DNA from: Hemiscyllium ocellatum
Lineage: Eukaryota
Assembly: GCF_020745735.1 (NCBI RefSeq)
Contig: NC_083435.1
Location: forward strand, 38,651,090-38,715,089
Reading direction: 5' to 3'
Length of the DNA: 64,000 nucleotides
Part shown: in pieces, positions 47,698-60,480 of the stretch
Position numbering within the stretch: position 1 is the stretch's first letter
Layout of the letters: each line of letters starts with the position of its first letter
The notes under the pieces: model-generated
What the model was told of the DNA's origin: nothing
Seen by the model: the letters and a program-made list of their open reading frames with translations, nothing else
The model's database searches: none
Program-made: the position numbers and the translations under genes

Positions 47698-49587
47698 CAT
47701 CAACCTGACTCCACATTATACAATCTGACTGACAGTCATGGGATGCAAACATTACTGTGGTTACCACACAGCCAATCACAAATAGGAGTCATCAGTCAGT
47801 GGGTAGATTAGGCTGGTGAAGGTTTGATTCTGGATATTTATGGAATGGAAAATATTAAAGGGCACAGCCTGTTGGCAGGCTGTCTAATCTTTATATAAAG
47901 TCTGTAGTTAACCGGATCTTACATCAGCTAATCTCATCTTAACATAGTGCAAAGGATTTTTCCTTGCAGTGTCTCTTTTACTTCAGTCAAACCTCCAAAA
48001 CTTGTCTTTGGTGAATGATGTAATATTAATAGTTCAGACTGGCCCATGCAAACAAAGAGGATGCTGAAGAAACTCAGCAAGTCTGGCAACACCTGTGCAG
48101 ACAGAAAACTAAGTTAATGTTTCAAATCTGATATGGCGCTTCTTCAGAACTCACCCAGAGATCTGGTCTAATTATCTGGAGGCATGAGACCACCTTAATT
48201 TAAATTCAACTGATTTAATAAAAATCGGGAATAAAAGAACCAGCAATAGTAAAGGTGGCAATAAAATACCAGACTGTGGTTTAAAAACTGCTGGTTTATG
48301 GAAGGAAATCTGTCATTCCTATCAGGTCTGGTTTATATGGAACTAACAATCCACACCAATGCTGCTCTTGACTTCCTTTCGAAAGGAGCAACAACACCAT
48401 GCAGTTGCATTGAGAATGACCTTTTCTTTATATGCAATTAGGGATGGGGAGCGAATGCAGGTCTGGACCACAGCACCGCAATCCTTAGAACGAACTTTAA
48501 ACAATGTGCAGTGACACAGAACACCCATGAGGCTGACGGGACATGCAATGGCTCCTTGAAAGAGCAACGCATTGCCTCTCCCTCCCTATTGATTGACATA
48601 AGTTGTAGGAAACTTAAGTCCCTAACACATGCATCTCCAAGACTTAATTAATCACGTCCTACCAATCAGTAATTGTGTTATAAATGTACTATTTACATAC
48701 ACTCTGTTTTGTGACAGTCAATCTTCTATCCCTGCTACATTACCCTCTACAGGATGAGCTTTAATTCTGTACAATAATCTTTAATGTGTCACCTTACCAA
48801 ATGCTTTCAGCAGTCTAAGTACAGTATTCTACAAGATTCCCTTTGTCCATATCGCATGTTTCTCCTTTAATAAACTCCACTTAAATTGAACGTAATTTCC
48901 CTTTCACAAAGTATATGCGGATTACTCCCAATTACCTTGAGTTTTTCTAAGTTACCTGTTACAATGTCTTTAACGATAAATTTTAACATCTTCCTCATGA
49001 CAGATATTAAGGTAACTGGCCTGTGGCTTCTTTGATTTCTCAATCCCTCCCTTATTGAATAGAGGAGTTAAATTTGATCCTTTTAATTCCAATGGAACAT
49101 TTCCTGAATTGAAGCAATTTCGGAAAACTAACTATAATTATCTAAAATCTCCCCAGCAGTTTCTTTTACGACTCTTGGGCAGTTCAACTAGAGCTAACTA
49201 CGGGCAGCCCACTGCCCCATCAATTTGATCAGCAACTGTAATTTACTATGTTCCTCCCTTTCTTCTACCTGCTGATTTACAGATATTTCTGAGATGTTCT
49301 TTGTGTCCTCTATAGTGAAGACAGAACGAAAAAGTATTCATCTGCCATTTTTTATTATCAACTATTAACTCTCCATTCTCACTCTCTAGAAGACCAACAT
49401 TCATTTTACTGACTTTTATCTTTTTAAAATACTTGTAGAAATTTTTGTTGTCCATTTTTTACATTTCTAGCTAGCTTCCTCTCATACTTCAATTATTTGT
49501 CCTGATAATTTTTTTCATTCCCTCTACCATTTATATTCTGTCTAATCATCAGCTCACCTACTCTTCCCCTCACAATTGTCATGGTTT

Positions 49588-51065
49588 GGAGATGCCGGTG
49601 TTGGACTGGGGTGTACAAAGTTAAAAATCACACAACACCAGGTTATAGTCCAACAGGTTTAATTGGAAGCACACTAGCTTTCAGAGCGACGCTCCTTCAT
49701 CAGGTGATAGTGGAGGGCTCGATCGTAACACAGAATTTACAGCAAACATTTACAGTGTGATGTAGCTGAAATTATACATTGAAAAATTGATTGTCTTAAG
49801 CCTTTCATCTGTTAGAATACAGTGATAGTTTCACTTCTTTCATGTGTAAATCACAAAACCCTTCTTTTTAAAGTTGCATTCTCGGGTTAGCTGCTAACAA
49901 TGGTGATAGCTAGACAATATGTTGAAGGTGTTAGCCCCCTGTGTTCTCTATGACCTGATGTTTAAATTGATTCTAATCTAAAAAGTGAGATAACAGAGTT
50001 TTACATAAATTCCTGCTGTTTTTGAGCTCAGAGTTCTACATGAATGTATGCAGTTTTTGAGCAAAGTGCAATGTAACTCTGCAAGTACAAATTCACCCCA
50101 CAAAATATGTGTGTGCATGTGGGTCTTTGTCTGTCTGTGTGCGTGTGTCTGTCTGGGGTGGGGTGGGGTGTGAACGTGGGAGTGTGTGTGTCGATAAGGG
50201 TGTGTGTGGGTGTCTGTTTGCGCGTCTGTGTGTACCTGTATCTGTGTGTATCTGTATCTGTGTGTATGTGAGTGTGTGTGTGTGTGTGTAGGAATATCTG
50301 TGTGTGTGTGTGTATAGTGCAATGGTGGTCACCTGTAATGTGACATGAACCCAAGGTCCCGGTTGAGGCCCTCCCTATGGGTAACCGAACTTAGCTATCA
50401 GCCTCTGCTCGGCCACATTTCGCTGCTGTCTGTCCCGAAGTCCACCTTGGAGGATGGTCACCCGAAGGTCCAGGTTGAATGTCCTGGACCACTGTTGATT
50501 GTTGTGCGGTGCCCATTCATCCGTTGTCGTAGCCTTTGCTTGGTTTCCCCAATGTACCGTGCCTCCGGGCATCCTTGCTGCAATGTATAAGATAGACAAC
50601 ATTGGCTGAGTCACATGAGTACCTGCCATGTACAAGGCAGGAGGTGTTCCCACGCGTATTGGTGGTATCTATGTCCACACTCTGACACGTCTTGCAGTGT
50701 CCACCGTGACAGGGTTGTATGGTGTTGTCCTGAGAGCCGGGCAGTTTGCTACGAACAACAATCTGTTTGAGGTTTCGCGGTGTTTAAAGGCAAGTAGTGG
50801 AGGTGTGGGGAAGGTCTTGGTGAGGTGTTCATCCTCACTGATAATGCGTTGCAGGTCACGAAGAACATGGCGTAATTTTTCAGCCCCTGGGAAGTACTGA
50901 ACAACGAAGGGTACCCTGTCAGTTGCAGCACGTGTCTGTCTCCTGAGGTCATTACAGTTCCTTGCTGTGGGATGTCGGAACTGGCAGTCGATGAGTTGAG
51001 CATCGTACCCCGTGCTTGTGAGGGCATCCTTGAGTACTTCCAGGTGTCCGTCACGTTCCTCTCAT
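49588..51065 (-). mobile_element. Penelope-like element 3' half (RT C-terminus, GIY-YIG, TG tract, pLTR)
   Basis: Frameshifted RVPFVVQYFPG, LKHRETSNRL, NVVYLIHC and GLRDRQQRNVAEQRLIAKFG pieces, with a pLTR at 49588-49760. Confidence 0.92.
49672..49706 (-). ncRNA. Minimal hammerhead ribozyme motif (CUA family)
   Basis: Reverse complement: cac-CTGATGA-a-ggagc gtc gctct-GAAA-gc-TA-gtg. Confidence 0.65.
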
Positions 51066-52729
51066 CTGAGCAGATCCGGTCTATGCGTAGGGCTTGTCAC
51101 CTCACAATTGTATGCTTTTTCCCTAAATCTGATTCTTTCTTTAATTTGTTTCATTGACCAAGGATGATGGGTTTCCTTTTAGAATTTATAGTAGGACCAT
51201 ACTCTGAAGTTTTAAGCTAGTATTAAATTAGTATTCTGAAATTTCCCCTTAAATATCTACCATGTTTTCTGTCACAGTTCACTTCAGCTGGTCCAGCTTT
51301 TAGACCCATTTAAGTTTAAAATACTAGTCTTAGACCCACTCTTCTCCCTTTCAGATTGGATGTAAAAATCAATCACATGATCATTGCTACCTAGAGATAG
51401 GTTAATTTGAGGTAATTAATTAATCCTGTCACATTAAACAATGCCAAACACAGTTTACAAAAAAAAACAAAAGAACTGCAGATGCTGGAGATCAGAAACA
51501 AAAACAGAAGTAGCTGGAAACACTCAGCCGGTCTGGCACCATCTTGGAGAGAAAACAGAGTTAATATTTCGAGTCCAGAGATCCTTATGAGCCAGAGGAT
51601 GAAGTGGAACTGAGGCCCAAGGCAGCTTTGAACCGGATGAAGAGTGAGAGTGAGAGAGTGGTTGTGAAGAAGGATCACTGCACCGAAATGTTAACTCTGC
51701 TTTCTGTCCACATATTCTGCCAGACCTACTGAGTTTTTCCATCAATTTCTGTTTCGTTTCCAAGCATAGGATAACGTACTCTCTAGGTGATTCCAGAAAT
51801 GAGCAGAAAATATTTGGGAAAAAGATCATCATTGCCAGTTTGATTTTTTTCTAATTTAAACATGGATTAATCTATGTTAACTCTTTATTAGAAACTTTCA
51901 CTTTGTACAATAATCTTTATACCTCCTAAGATTATTGTTGGCCCTTTCTCACAAGCACTCCGTATTTGTTATTGTATACATGTCCTACATTGTGATTACT
52001 TTTAGGCGGTCTGTAAACCTTTCATTGTCGTGACATCTTTGCCTTACTTCCTTTCTGTCCTGATGTCTTGAACCAAGATCATCTCTAACCACTGTACTTA
52101 TGTCACCCTCAATCATCAGTGACACTCCTTCACTTTACACTAGATAGCTATTCTTCTTGAATGTCATGTACTCCACCATATTCAGGACACTATCCTTGGA
52201 TCCTGCAGCCATGCACCTGTAATGACTATCAGATTATATTTGTTTACTTCAATGTCAGCTGTGAAACATAGAAAATAGCTGTGGTAGTAGGCCATTCCAC
52301 CCTTTGAGCCTGCTTCATGAATTTGTTTACTTTGTGGTTAATGCTACATGTATTAAGATAAAATGCTTTTAATTTTACATTTTGTATATCTTTGGAACAT
52401 CTAGTCTTGACTGTTGGTGTGTACTTCATTTTATTCTTTATGTCCCTGCCTACCAATCTCTGAGCTTTATCTCCTGAATTAATATTTTGCTCTATTGCCT
52501 TGACTCTATTCTTGATTTGTGACGTCTACCAAGCTTAATACCTCGCCCCAATTATTGAGTTTAAAGCCCTCTCTAACTCCCTGTTTAAATGATTTGCAAA
52601 AACACTAGTCCCTGCACAGTTCAGTTGAAAGATGATACTAAAAACCAATTTTCCTCAGTACTGCAGTAGAATTATTGTACAGTTATAAAAGAATAAACCA
52701 AAACAACAAATTTTATTCTCTGATAGATA

Positions 52730-53700
52730 AGATGGCACTAAAAACTGCTAAAGTCTTGCTGCTGCTGGAAGAAATATCTCATACAAAAGAACACAAAAGC
52801 CAAGCTGACAGAACTGGCAAATAAATAAGAATTGGAGCTGTTTGCCAAAACTAAGGCAGCATTAATAATTGAAAGGTTAGTATAACGTTCGGGCTTAACA
52901 GAGATATGGGAGAGACAAGGTCATTCATCCAGGGAGTCATCAAAATCATTTCATATTGTGTTAGAATCAAAGCCGTTTCAGTGTGAGGAAAAAGATGAAA
53001 AAGCTGGAAATGGAATTCCAAACAGCAGAAAAAGACAAGGAAAGGGCATTAGACATTGTTAAAAGCTACAGAACAGAGAGATGGAATTGAAAAGGGTGAA
53101 ATGAGAAGACCAGAACTGGAAATGTGTGAGACTCAGAAAAAGATAAATATTTTAAGTTTGAAATGATACAATTCAAAAGGCCACAAAGTGAAAGGAGGGT
53201 TCCAAAGGGGAGACATGGTCATAAAATAAATCCTGGTCATAAAATAAATTCCACTCAGGAAATGTTTAAGACTTGGAGAAACATTGCAGAAGCATTCCTT
53301 TTATCATTTGCGGAAATAGCGAAACAGGTGAAGTGGCCAAAGGAAAACTGAACATTGCCTATGCAGAGCAAGCTGACAGATGAAGCACAGGAAGTTACTG
53401 CTTCATTGTGGGAGAAGGTTATAAAGGTTATGATGCTGCAAAAATAAGATATACTTGTAAACATGATTCAGTTCCTGAAGAACACAGGCAAAAGTTTTGA
53501 AATTTAGAGAAGCAACCTGGGAAAACTTGATTTGAAAAGGTTAAGCAGAGTAATTCTGACAAGTGGATGTAAGTATTGGGAATTGAAACATTGCATAAAA
53601 CTCTCAGAGATGTCATTCTCTTGACTGATAATGTGAATGAGATGCCCCGCCATGTCTCCCAATGAACCTCAGAAGTCTTCTTCACATAAGCTAACTCAGA
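52730..53700 (+). mobile_element. Gypsy LTR-retrotransposon gag relic (SCAN-like capsid region)
   Basis: Frameshifted FAEIAKQVKWPKEN*TLPMQSKLTDEAQE...YDAAK...VPEEHRQKF*NL...LRDVILL. Confidence 0.75.
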
Positions 53701-53896
53701 TATTTATCTGAACATGCAGTCAATAAGACTCATATTTCTCAGCCATGCTTTTTTTTTACGCCTGGTCACTTGTAGGACAGGTTGTTAATTCTAACACTGG
53801 CCAGCATACAGTTTCTTTAACGAATAACAGAAGTCCGTTTAATTGGCAATCAAAGCATTACTGATCCTCAAAGAAGCTGGTCCACATATTGCAACT

Positions 53897-54145
53897 TGGA
53901 GAAAGTGAGGACTGCAGATATTGGAGAGCCAGAGTCAATAAATGTGACTGACCTATCACCATCACCCCCCACTTGCAGCCACCTATCACCTTCCCATGTA
54001 CCTTCCCCCCACCCCTCACCCTCCTATTTATCTCTCAGCCCCCTTGCCTTCCACACATTCCTGATGAAGGGCTTATGCCTGAAACATCGACTCTCTTGCT
54101 CCTCAGATGGTGCCCGATCTGCTGTGCTTTTCCAGCAGCACACTT
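53897..54145 (+). mobile_element. Penelope-like pLTR fragment with a CpG-decayed hammerhead
   Basis: attcctgatgaagggcttatgcctgaaacatcgact. Confidence 0.78.
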
Positions 54146-54689
54146 TGACACATATTGCAATCACTTCACCAAACAAGCCTTTCCATTCAATGTCCTATTT
54201 GACCACTTCAGAAACTGTTTGTCACTTGAAGTTTCTGGGGAAATTACCCACCTGGGGACACTGGATAGCAGAACTGTCAGAGAGGCCACCCTGTGGATAG
54301 AATGTTACACCAAGGTCCTAATCACCTGTTCAGGTAACGTAAACCTTCTTAAACAGAAACTAAGAACGCTTCGATGTTATTGTGATCTAGGAATCGAGTT
54401 AGTCAAAAAGAACTGGATCCAATCTTCTTGATTTATAGAGTTACACATTGCAAACAAACAACCAAGTAGATTGTACCTGTTTGAAAGGTGAGAAGTGAAT
54501 CTCCATTTAATGCCAACTATATATAATGCAACAATTAATGTACAACTGATATCAGTGTTCCAGGCACAATTCCTCCCCAATCAATGCAACATAAGACTTA
54601 TATATAAATTGAATATCAGATTTTCCAATATTTAAATGGGTGGTTAATCTTCAAAAATAATACACTGAGAGGGAATGCAAATCTGACTT

Positions 54690-56060
54690 CTTTTCTAGTG
54701 TTACATGGGTGTCACTAACTGGGCCAGTATTATTGCCCATCCCCAGTTGCCCCTGAGAAGGTGGTGGTGAGCTGCCTCCTTGAGAAACTGAGGACTGCAG
54801 ATGCTGGAGATCAGAGTCGAAGAGTGTGGTGCTGGAAAAGCACAGCCAGTCAGGCAGCATCCAAGGAGCAGGAGAATCAATGTTTCGGGCATAAGCCTTC
54901 CTGAATGTTTGCACTCCATGTGCTGCAGGTGGACCCACAATGCCATTGAAAGGGAGTTCCAGGAACAACAAATCAGAAAGGTGAGTGGCTTGGAGCGGAA
55001 CTTGCAGGGGGTGGTGATCCCATGCATCTGCTGCCCATGTCCTTCTGAAACGAAATGGTCCTGGGTTTGGAAAGTGCTGCCTAAGGATTTATATTGAATT
55101 TCTGTAGTGCATCTTGTAGACAGTACACACTGCTGCCACTGAGCGTTGGTAGTCATGGGAGTGGATGCTTGTATATACAGTGCCAGTCAAGTGGGTTGCT
55201 TTATTCTCGATGGTGTCAAGCTTCCTGAGTGTTGTTGGAGTTGCACCCATCCATGGAAGTGGGGAATATTCCATCACACACCTGACTTGTACCTTGTAGA
55301 TGGTGGACAGGTTTTAAGGAGCCAGGAGAGAAGTTACTCATCGCAGTGTTGATAGCCTCTGATTAGCTTTTGTTGCTGCTTTATTTACATGGCTAGTCCA
55401 GCTCAGTTTCTGGTCAACATTAACCTCCCTCCCTTGGCTGTTGATAGTGAAGGATTCAGTGATGGTAATGTCACTGAATGTCAAGGGACAGTGATTAGAT
55501 TCTCTTTTATTGGAGATGGTCATTGCCTGATATTTATGTGGTACAAATGTTACTTGCCATCTTTCAGCCCACACTTGGATGATCTCCAGATCTTCCTGCA
55601 TTTGAACATGGACTGCTTCAGTGTCTCAGGAGTGCAATAATAAGTGAACATCCCTAATTCTGACCTTATGATGGAGGGAAGGTCATTGATCAAGCAGCTG
55701 AAGATGGTCGGGTCTTGGATTCTAACTTGAGGAACTCCTGTTGAGATGTTCTGGAGCTGAGATGACTGACCTCCAACAATCCATTTTCCGATGACTCAAA
55801 CAGTGGAGAATTTGCCCCCAAATTCCGATTGTCTCTAGTTCTGATAGGGTTCCTTTGATGGCAGACCTGGTTGAATTCAGCTTTGATGTCAAGGGCTGTC
55901 CCTCTGGAATTCAGCTCTTTTGTCCATGTTTGAACCAAGGCTGTAATGAGGGCAGGAGTTGAGTGGCACTGGTGGAACCCAAACTGAGTGTCACTGAGCA
56001 GGCTACTGCTCTATAAGTTCCACTTGACAGCACTTCAATAATTTTCAACACTTTACTGAT
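54690..56060 (-). mobile_element. L2/Crack-like non-LTR retrotransposon 3' fragment
   Basis: ORF 55338-55601 QEDLEIIQVWAERWQVTF...DQKLSWTSHVNKAATKANQRL, and ALDIKAEF. Confidence 0.75.
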
Positions 56061-56081
56061 GATCAAGAGTAGACTGTTTTT

Positions 56082-56334
56082 TTAGATTAGATTAGTTAAA
56101 GTGTGGAAGCAGACCCTTCGGCCCAACAAGTCCACACCGACCCGCCGAAGCGCAATCCACCCAGACCCAATCCCCTACATTTACCCCTTCACCTAACACT
56201 ACGGGCAATTTAGCATGGCCAATTCACCTAACCTGCACATTTTGTTGGACTGTGGGAGGAAACCGGAGCACCCGAGGAAACCCACGTAGGCACAGGGAGA
56301 ATGTGCAAACTCCACACAGTCAGTCGCCTGAGGC
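56082..56334 (-). mobile_element. HE1-type SINE (5'-truncated)
   Basis: (TTAGA)n tail, ccttcggcccaacaagtccacacc...gtcagtcgcctgagg. Confidence 0.9.
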
Positions 56335-56673
56335 TGTTGGGGCAGTGTTGGATTTGTCCTGCTTTCTGTATACAGAACATACCTGGGCAATTTTTCACAT
56401 TGTCAGGTAGATCGCAGTGTTGTAACTGTACTGGAACAACTTGGCTTGTGTTGCACCTAATACTTTAGTAACTCAAGTTCTCCATTAATGGACAGCATTG
56501 CTCTAGTCAGTCTGGGGTTGATGTGGGTGAATAGACCCTTCACAAAGTGATGATGTGAGGTAGCCAGTGGCTGGAAACTTCTGACTATAATTAGAGTACA
56601 CACAGGCTAACAGTGATCTAAGGATCGGGTAGGGTTACATTTCATTGTGATTTATGAGAGGCGCTGAGGGTTT

Positions 56674-56729
56674 GGAAAGTCCCCAGAAGTGAAACCACAG
56701 ACGAGAAGTACACAGAGAAAAAATATAAA
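56674..56729 (+). promoter_or_regulatory. NF-kB + IRF-like + TATA-like cluster
   Basis: GGAAAGTCCC (56674-83), AAGTGAAAC (56687-95), TATAAA (56724-29). Confidence 0.35.
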
Positions 56730-57307
56730 CCGACTTAAATCCTGGTGCTGGCCAATAACAATCCAGCTTCCTGAAGAGTCACCTGTCTCTGGGTGAACTT
56801 GTTGGGATAGTCTCATTTTTCTGTACAGCACGGTAATGTCATGGCGCCCTCTAGTACCACAATAATGAATTACTTCATACAACCGTGAAAAGGTTTGGGA
56901 AAGGATAGGATTTGTATTGGGAAGGTGAAATGGGGAAAAGTGGGATTGTGAAGGTGTAGTCAGTATTAACATCATAGTGGGAAGGGAGGTCACTCAAGTG
57001 CTCACTCCCTCCCTCACGTATCATCCATATCCCACTGAATAACAATTACTGTGCCAGTGATACAGGGAAACGGGAAACTCTCAGTAATGGTTAGGATTTC
57101 CATAAATGTAAAACAGAACCTCAGGTATATTCAGATTGACAAGGCCCTTGAACCACTTTGTATCCTGGTTTCAGAGCTCCAGCAAGACAGAGTTGCACAA
57201 TGGCTCAGTGGTTAGCACTGCTAGCACTGGATCTAGTGCTCGATTCCAGCCTCGTGTGACTGCGTAGAGTTTGCATGTTCTCCCTGTCTGAATTTCTGCT
57301 GGGTGTC

Positions 57308-57641
57308 TTTAGATTAGATTAGATTAGATTAGATTAGACTTACAGTGTGGAAACAGGCCCTTCGGCCCAACAAGTCCACACCGACCCGCCGAAGCGCAAC
57401 CCATCCATACCCCTACATTTACCCCTTACCTAACACTACGGGCAATTTAACATGGCCAATTCACCTGACCCGCACATCTTTGTGACGTGGGAGGAAACCG
57501 GAGCACCCGGAGGAAACCCACGCAGACACGGGGAGAACGTGCAAACTCCACACAGTCAGTCAGTCACCTGAGTCGGGAATTGAACCCGGGTCTACAGGCG
57601 CTGTGAGGCAGCAGTGCTAACCACTGTGCCACCATGCCGCC
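57308..57641 (-). mobile_element. Full-length young HE1-type SINE inserted in an older sense SINE (57195-57307, 57642-57690)
   Basis: Reverse complement starts ggcggcatggtggcacagtggttagcactgctgcc, has a B-box-like ggttcaattccc, and ends in an (ATCTA)n tail. Confidence 0.93.
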
Positions 57642-58979
57642 CTGTTCTGGTTTCCTTCCACAATCCAAAGATGTGCAGGTCAGGTCGGTTGGTTTTCAGG
57701 GAAAAAGTGGGGGTGTCGGAGTCTGGTTCGAAGGCTCTTCAGAATGTTGGTGCTGACTTGATGGAAAGTATGGCCCTTTCCCACATTGTAGGGATTCTTT
57801 GATTCTGTGAAGAGTATCCTTTCAATATAACTATCAACCAGATATTAAATTTCTCCTGTGTTCTAACCTCAGTGCTCTTCATCACTCCAGCTATATATGA
57901 CATGATCCCAGGATCTGGGTCTTAGTGATGTTCATCATTTCTGTTATTTATTAAATAACCAACATTTCAGTAGAAAAACACAACATTTGGGAAGTTCTCC
58001 TGTACACATTCAAGAATCCTTCACCTCTTTTTCTCTCAGAGTCTTTGGATTTCTTTACCTTGGAAGGCAGTGCAGGCTGGGTACTAGAGAAAGATTTTTG
58101 AATCTCCGACATCAAGGCTTATTGCAGGCAGACAAGAGAATGAAGATAGGGTAACACTCAGATCTGCCATGATCCCATTGAATGGCTGAGCAGGCTTAGT
58201 TGGTAGCATGGTATTCTCTGACTCCTATTTGTTATAATTTTATTCTGCCTTTGTTCTTGCACTGGTCGGTACTGAGTACTCCCCCAGTATTGTATCCCTA
58301 CACCTGTCCTCACTACTGACAAGACAAGCAATTCATAGCCACAGACCTTCAGGAGGCTCTGTATGACTGTGTCAAAGGTGCAGCAACGGGGAAGGTGGAA
58401 CATAAATGTTTAATTTGTGAAACTAAAATCTTAAGTCTCAAAGAAGGAGAGAAGTTGAAACTTTCTGGCTTGCACTCACTAGAACTAGGACACAAGACAT
58501 AGACTTGGGGAAAAAAAAATAAGAGCCCCATTTTATCCAGAATGAGAAGATAGTCCTATTTGGGGCATCACTGGGATTGAGTATGCAGCAAGAACAATGA
58601 ACAGTCAATCTTAGTTCTCAGACCAACTAGGTGGAGTCTGATTGTGCAGGGAGTTGCCGGGGAATGCAGCACAGTCTGGTTATCTCCATGACCTCTTCTC
58701 TCAAAATACCTGCAACTGGATTTTCAGCTTCAATGTGGGAATTGGGAGGTGGATCATTTCCCAGCATCATGATCCTGCCTCTACCCCGACAGTGGATTTT
58801 CAACAGAGGGAGCTAGGGCAGGAATGGAGTCAGGCTGGAACAGCAACACTGAAGGGGGATGGTTTAAGCAGAACTGGGTCAAATGGGCTAATACAGATCT
58901 GCCTCGGTGTCATCTTCATGTTGTAAGAAATCCAAGCTCTCCACTGAAGGAAATATTACAGTGGGAACTCTGTATTCTG

Positions 58980-59330
58980 AGCACGGTAGCTCAGTGGTTA
59001 TCGCTGCTGCTTCACAGTGCTAGGGACCAGGGTTTGATACCAACCTGAGGTGGCTGTCTGTATGGAGTTTACACATTCTCCCCGTGTCTGCTTGGGTTTC
59101 CACCGGGTGCTCTGGTTTCCTCCCACAGTCCAAAGATGTGCAGGTTCGGGGAATTGGCCATGCTCAATTACCTATAGTGTTCAGGGATGTGTAGGTTAGG
59201 TGCATTAGTCAGGGGGTAATGTAGAGTCATAGGGGAATGGGTCTGGGCGAAAGTCTCTTCAGAGGGTGGGTGTGGACTTACTGAGCCAAAGAGCCTTTTT
59301 CCACACTGCAGGGATTCTATGATTCTAGTT
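58980..59330 (+). mobile_element. HE1-type SINE (older)
   Basis: gcacggtagctcagtggtt...gatgtgcaggtt...ttccacactgcagggattctatgattcta. Confidence 0.87.
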
Positions 59331-59689
59331 ATTATCACTGTTTATCTCATTGTTGGATAAATGTTTGATATCCCCTTTAAACTGGCCCAGCGTGAAGTGA
59401 ACCTCAGTAATATCACAATCATCCCACATTCCCAAGACTTGTTGCTCTGTTGCCTGAGAAAACAGAATACTGATGGTCTGCTGATCCAGCTAGTGTCTGC
59501 ATTCACCTGCTTTCTATTTTGTGAACACGCAGCAGGTCGCAGCAAGCCAGCCTGGATCCACCTTCACATCCCCAGCATCATGATGTCGCAATCCACCCTG
59601 AACATCAGAATCCTCTGCATCTGAGTCCCTGCCCTTCTTCCTAATTATGCACCATTTCATCCTCCAAGGATACAGGGTCTCCTTTGTTG

Positions 59690-60480
59690 ACCATCTCATT
59701 CAGCAGAACACTCTGCTGCTGTGCAGTGTTGTGTAGCATGCAGCACATATCAACCAATCTGGATACTCAAGATGATGAATATTGCATTGGTGCACCAGAG
59801 TGTGATCAAGGCATCAAAATCTCCCTGAGTAGGCCTCTGGTGTACAGTCTGTTCAAACAGTGTCCTGGTGTCCAGGTTACTCTTGCTGTAATGCCTTGGG
59901 ACTCAGTTTGGAATCCTCACAGGAATGTTTGGAGGCATCTGGAGTCCCACTATCCAACAGAGGGGTCAGCTGAAAGTGCAGAGTCAGCCTGGACTCCGTG
60001 TAAAGGGAGCTGCATGGCAAGGATGCCTAATCCTGTAGGAAACTCTGGTAATGGTCATACTCCAGCTGAGCACTGATAGTAGACTCTCCTGTTAATGAAC
60101 ATACCTGCTGAGTTCTTCAGGGTTCCTGGGTTCAGTCTATAAAGCCCTGGCCCCTTGGGAAGCCAGCTACTGATGCAAAATCCATTGTCCTGTACTGTTA
60201 TGAAGCTGTATCTTTTAAAAGGCTGATCCAGTCAGAGACACTTGTGAAGAGGACATCTGTAACTACATGGATGCTACAACGACTGGGATGTCCCACACAG
60301 CTCAGCAAAAGAACCCTCAGATGAACTTGAGTTGAAGACTTCATGGGCCACGGTGACGGTGAATGCATACTTGGGAGAGCCTGTTGCTAAGGTGTTTCTC
60401 GGTGCTAATTCATCATTAAGGCGGCTCAGACATCTCCAGGGAAATGAGCCTATTCTGTGGTGGGCCAGGTGCACAGAATA
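59690..60480 (-). pseudogene. PIF/Harbinger DDE transposase relic (HARBI1-like)
   Basis: Frameshifted motifs VTVA...GSFAELCGTSQS, FASVAGFPRGQGFID, FINRRVYY, QLEYDH, and SGAPMQY...VSRLVDMCCMLHN. Confidence 0.82.

Noticed and set aside
49978-50354. His/Thr-rich ORFs
   Set aside because: Translation of the TG/CA low-complexity tract in the Penelope 3' region
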